Shown in pieces: positions 44,507 to 47,903 of a stretch of 47,903 bases of DNA (position 1 is its first letter; every line of letters starts with the position of its first letter). The stretch lies in contig JALAGF010005331.1 of assembly GCA_030167865.1 (NCBI GenBank), forward strand, positions 1-47,903, read 5' to 3'. Both the position numbers and the translations under genes were made by a program. The notes beneath the pieces are model-generated. The model had not been told where the DNA came from and did not search any database. It worked only from the letters and a program-made list of their open reading frames with translations. The DNA is from Craspedostauros australis. Lineage: Eukaryota.

Positions 44507-46270
44507 ATGACGGACGAACGCGATGCTAAACGCCAAAAGATGCAGGCCTACGAAGCAGAGACGATGCAACGATTGAACGATCTGCTCGGTCTCATCGACA
44601 AGATGGAGAGCGCTTCCGACGTCGCTGCCGATGCGACGATGCAGATGCTCCACCTCAAGGCCCTGCAGCGGCATGTGCTGTCCCATCTGCACGAGCAGCA
44701 AGAGGAGCATCGCAGGCAACGGGAGCGCGCCGACAAGGAGGACATGCGGCTGGCCAACCTCGTCTACCTCAAGAATCATCACAGAAGCACCTTGCAGCAA
44801 TGTCAACAGCGCATTCTCGACACGCCGCATCTCTTCAAGCTGGCGCAGGAAAATGTCGATCCAGCCGCCGCGTCTGCCATGGATGTGGACGCAGATGGCA
44901 ACGGCAATGCCAATACCAATGAGGATATCGCAAACGCGGACACCACGAAAACCATCCGTGCCTTCTTCCACGACATCGACTACCTCGATCCATCGCAGAA
45001 ACCAAAGCTCCTGCAGGTCATGCAACAGGAGGTCGAGCAACGCACACAGCTCACGCAGCGTCGCGAGGCCCTCACGAAGCAGCTGCAGGAGACGAAGCGC
45101 AAGCTCGAATCCAAATCAAGGTTGCTGCGTGACATTCCGCAGAAATTGCACGACATGGAACGCTCCAGTTTGCCCTTGCAAAAGTTCTTTCACGACACCG
45201 TCAATCCCTCGTTGCGCAAGATCGGAACGCAGCGCACGGCGTTGCTGGATAAGGCGGAGTCGGCGCTTTTGCCGCGGGCCCTGTACACGCTCTTTCACCA
45301 GTTGCAGTCGTATTTGGACTCCGCCTTGCCCGATGAGACGCTGTCCGGGTCGAAGCTTCAGAGAACGTATCCCATCCTGGAGATTGACAAGGTTTCCGCA
45401 GCTGCCACCGCCACCACGACTGCCACCACGACTGCCACCACTGTGGCCATAACCAACACTTCCACCAACGCTGCTGCCGTTGGCGACAACGGCCCCAAAT
45501 TGACTTTGAAACTCCCCATCCCAACCGTATCATCGTCCGACGGTACCACCAGCCTGGTCAACGCCAAGCGGTTTGTCGCCATCCAATTCGTCTACGATTC
45601 CGCCAACGACATGATCCTGGCACAGTCCTCCGCGCCGATGGAATTGCTCATCCATGAATTGTTCCCAGGCGACGATGGTGCTCTCATCGACATCCTTCCG
45701 ACCGATGATGTCGACGACACCACAGACGACAGCGCAGATGACGCACACAAGCACCGCCCATACCACTGGTGCAACTACATCGCTGGCATTCATTCGGCAC
45801 AAGAAAACAACAACATCTCCACCAACCAACTGCGTGCCTTGCGCCATCATTCCACCAGCGCTATCGTGAAACGTTTGGAACAACGCGTGCAGAGCTTGGC
45901 CGTCCTGCACGCCGCGCTGCAATCGATGACGCGCAAGACCGTGCCAACCGCACCCGGCATGACGATACCCGAACAGGTCAAGCTCACATCCTTCCAGCGC
46001 AACAACAAGTCCTTCAGCATCTACTCCTACGACGTCACCATCACCAAACGAAACACTATCCATCGCACGGTGCAGGTCCAGATCGATATGGCGCAGTATC
46101 CAGAAGTTCCGCCCGTCTGGACCTTCGATGCCAGCGATGCCCCGCTGCGGCAATTGGAACAGCAGGTCAACACGGAAATGTTGGGGGCCGTGTCTAACGT
46201 CGACTGGATCTTGCAATTCCAGCTGCATCGCATTTTGCAAGGGTGGGATGAAATTGTGTTGACGGCATGA
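44507..46270 (+). CDS. THOC5: THO complex subunit 5 (FMIP/THOC5-like)
   Basis: N-terminal coiled coil with LANLVYLKNHH..QQC, then SLPLQKFF, LPRALYTLFHQL, LFPGDDG and RPYHWCNYIAG, matching the FMIP/THOC5 pattern as I recall it. Confidence 0.75.
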   Translation: MTDERDAKRQKMQAYEAETMQRLNDLLGLIDKMESASDVAADATMQMLHLKALQRHVLSHLHEQQEEHRRQRERADKEDMRLANLVYLKNHHRSTLQQCQQRILDTPHLFKLAQENVDPAAASAMDVDADGNGNANTNEDIANADTTKTIRAFFHDIDYLDPSQKPKLLQVMQQEVEQRTQLTQRREALTKQLQETKRKLESKSRLLRDIPQKLHDMERSSLPLQKFFHDTVNPSLRKIGTQRTALLDKAESALLPRALYTLFHQLQSYLDSALPDETLSGSKLQRTYPILEIDKVSAAATATTTATTTATTVAITNTSTNAAAVGDNGPKLTLKLPIPTVSSSDGTTSLVNAKRFVAIQFVYDSANDMILAQSSAPMELLIHELFPGDDGALIDILPTDDVDDTTDDSADDAHKHRPYHWCNYIAGIHSAQENNNISTNQLRALRHHSTSAIVKRLEQRVQSLAVLHAALQSMTRKTVPTAPGMTIPEQVKLTSFQRNNKSFSIYSYDVTITKRNTIHRTVQVQIDMAQYPEVPPVWTFDASDAPLRQLEQQVNTEMLGAVSNVDWILQFQLHRILQGWDEIVLTA

Positions 46271-46696
46271 AACGGTGGTGCGATGGACGAGGCCAATCAA
46301 ACATGAAGCACAGCCATAGCTCGTACGAGCAGAGGTGACAAACCTTCCTCCAGTTCAAATGCAGTTGCGACGGCGCGTCTCCAACGTCGTTGTTCATAGA
46401 ATCCGTCTCTGATCCGCGGACACGACTCCCCAGCGGCACCCTCGATGCTATCGGGATCAGTGTGAGCTCGGTCGGAAACTGGACTTACTCTGCGAGGAGC
46501 TCGTACTCTGCTCCGATCGTTCACTTGATCGCATCCCGGGATGTTTGCCCGGTGTTCTCTCCCTCCAAATACCGAACCATCCATTACCATGAGGATGCCA
46601 ACGTCTACTCTACGCTATATAATACCATTTGAGTCTATTGCGACATTAGCTGCTGTTGTGCACCTTGGTATGGTATCGCACATTAAGGTAGAACAG

Positions 46697-47902
46697 TCAG
46701 GCCTTCACCCTCTTCACGCGGAGCTTGGTGTCGACGTACTTCATCGTCATGAAGAAATCCAACTTGCCTTCCGCCACTAATTCGAACTCGTACTTGGACA
46801 AGATGCTCGACAACACAGAGAACAGCTCAGCATTTGCCAACGATTGGCCGGGGCAGGTGCGTTTGCCCACGGCGAATGGAATGAAACTCTGCACCATTTC
46901 CTTGGTCGGATTCTCCCATCGATCGGGTTTGAACTGAGTAGCATCTTCGAACACCGCCTCGTCTCGGTGGGAAGCGAATTGCGGAAGAATGAGGGTGGCA
47001 CCATTCGGGATCTTGACATTGCGGTTGGAAGATTCATCACGGAAGATGAAGTCACGATTGATGAGACGGAGTGGGCCCACTCCAGCAACTGGGAGCAATC
47101 GTTGGGATTCGGTGATCACGCGCTTGAGATGATCCTTGGATTGTGCGGGATCGCCCTGCAACAACGATTGCCGCAGGTCTCTCATCTCCTTGGGATGCTT
47201 GGCCAACAACACGAGGGTGATGGCAATGGTGTATCCCGTTGTATCGAAGCCTGCGATGAGCAATATAAGCAGTTCCGCAACCCTATCTTCTTCCGACATA
47301 TCGTACGGATTGGACTCGACCGCCTTGATCAGCGTATTGTGTTCCGACTTGTTGGGATTCTCGCGATAGGCTGTCAAAATCTTCTTCACAAAGTCCTGCA
47401 GAGCGGAGCAGCAGTTGCGCGCCGCCCATACTTCTGGGATCATGAAGCCAAATACCTTTCGCAAAGGATTGACGCTTTGACGGAACGTGAATTCACGGGC
47501 AGCCACTTCGTAGTTGGACGCGAAAAAATCGTAGTCTTCGGGAGTCGATTCGTACTCGAGGGCCGCTTCCATGATGGACTTGAATACGACCTTCGGCAAT
47601 TCGATGGACGGATCGAACGTAGCGTCAGTGTCTGCCAGCTTCTCGAGGAAGTCTGTTTCCCATTGCTTGGCGTACTTCATGCAGATGGAATTCATTCGAT
47701 TGACTTCCGCAGAGGAAAATGAGTGTTCGACGGCTTTCCTCATTGGCTTCGTACGTGGGTCAAGTGTTGATCGTGTACCCATTTGTGTCCGTCCAGTTAT
47801 ACTGTCGATGTTTCCGTACACGGCGATCGGCTTGTCCGCATACTCATCAAGCAGAACTTCACGTTGATCCTTCGCGGAGCAGAGGACATACATACCACCA
47901 GG
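46697..47902 (-). CDS. cytochrome P450, 5'-truncated at the window edge
   Basis: I-helix AGFDTT, ESQR (ExxR), FKPDRW, heme motif PFAVGKRTCPGQ. The frame stays open upstream of the track's ATG (CCT GGT GGT) to the window end. Confidence 0.95.
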   Translation of the reverse strand, partial: PGGMYVLCSAKDQREVLLDEYADKPIAVYGNIDSITGRTQMGTRSTLDPRTKPMRKAVEHSFSSAEVNRMNSICMKYAKQWETDFLEKLADTDATFDPSIELPKVVFKSIMEAALEYESTPEDYDFFASNYEVAAREFTFRQSVNPLRKVFGFMIPEVWAARNCCSALQDFVKKILTAYRENPNKSEHNTLIKAVESNPYDMSEEDRVAELLILLIAGFDTTGYTIAITLVLLAKHPKEMRDLRQSLLQGDPAQSKDHLKRVITESQRLLPVAGVGPLRLINRDFIFRDESSNRNVKIPNGATLILPQFASHRDEAVFEDATQFKPDRWENPTKEMVQSFIPFAVGKRTCPGQSLANAELFSVLSSILSKYEFELVAEGKLDFFMTMKYVDTKLRVKRVKA

Positions 47903-47903
47903 G

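Noticed and set aside
34378..47722. Antisense ORFs 34378-35427, 36597-37463, 45530-46300 and 46844-47722
   Set aside because: Each mirrors a motif-supported gene on the other strand and has no independent evidence.
22255..47902. Biosynthetic gene cluster (sulfotransferase-like, b5 protein, oxidase, P450)
   Set aside because: The genes are dispersed among unrelated housekeeping genes, there is no scaffold-forming enzyme, and NadB has a primary-metabolic role.

Overview
Eukaryotic nuclear DNA, very likely from a diatom. The evidence is GT-AG introns, bipartite signal + 'AF' plastid presequences, RxL pro-peptide motifs, a silaffin-like KxxK/Ser protein and a diatom-type Ty1/copia element. Bases 1-6841 are the 3' part of a Ty1/copia LTR retrotransposon, assembled as a gapped mosaic of copies. 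It has two CCHC knuckles, an unusual ~367-aa insert with a CxxC..CxxC motif, then PR-IN-RT-RNaseH with one in-frame TGA. A PPT and a putative 859-bp 3' LTR bounded by 28-bp inverted repeats follow. After ~2 kb of degenerate sequence comes a gene-dense host region. In order: STAND/AAA-TPR ATPase, SAPS-family PP6 regulator, plastid Rossmann-fold protein, acidic Cys-rich triple-repeat GPI-type protein, sulfotransferase-like protein, CRY-DASH-like flavoprotein, plastid thioredoxin-like protein, Tat-targeted lumen protein, LRR membrane protein, plastid cytochrome b5-fused membrane protein of unknown function, LMBR1/LIMR protein, Cys-rich/silaffin-like protein, L-aspartate oxidase, THOC5 and a 5'-truncated cytochrome P450. 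The best leads are the b5-fused membrane protein without canonical His boxes, the two secreted proteins sharing one Cys-rich module, and the copia element's extra domain and TIR-like LTR ends. All calls are by eye from motifs; no database search was run.
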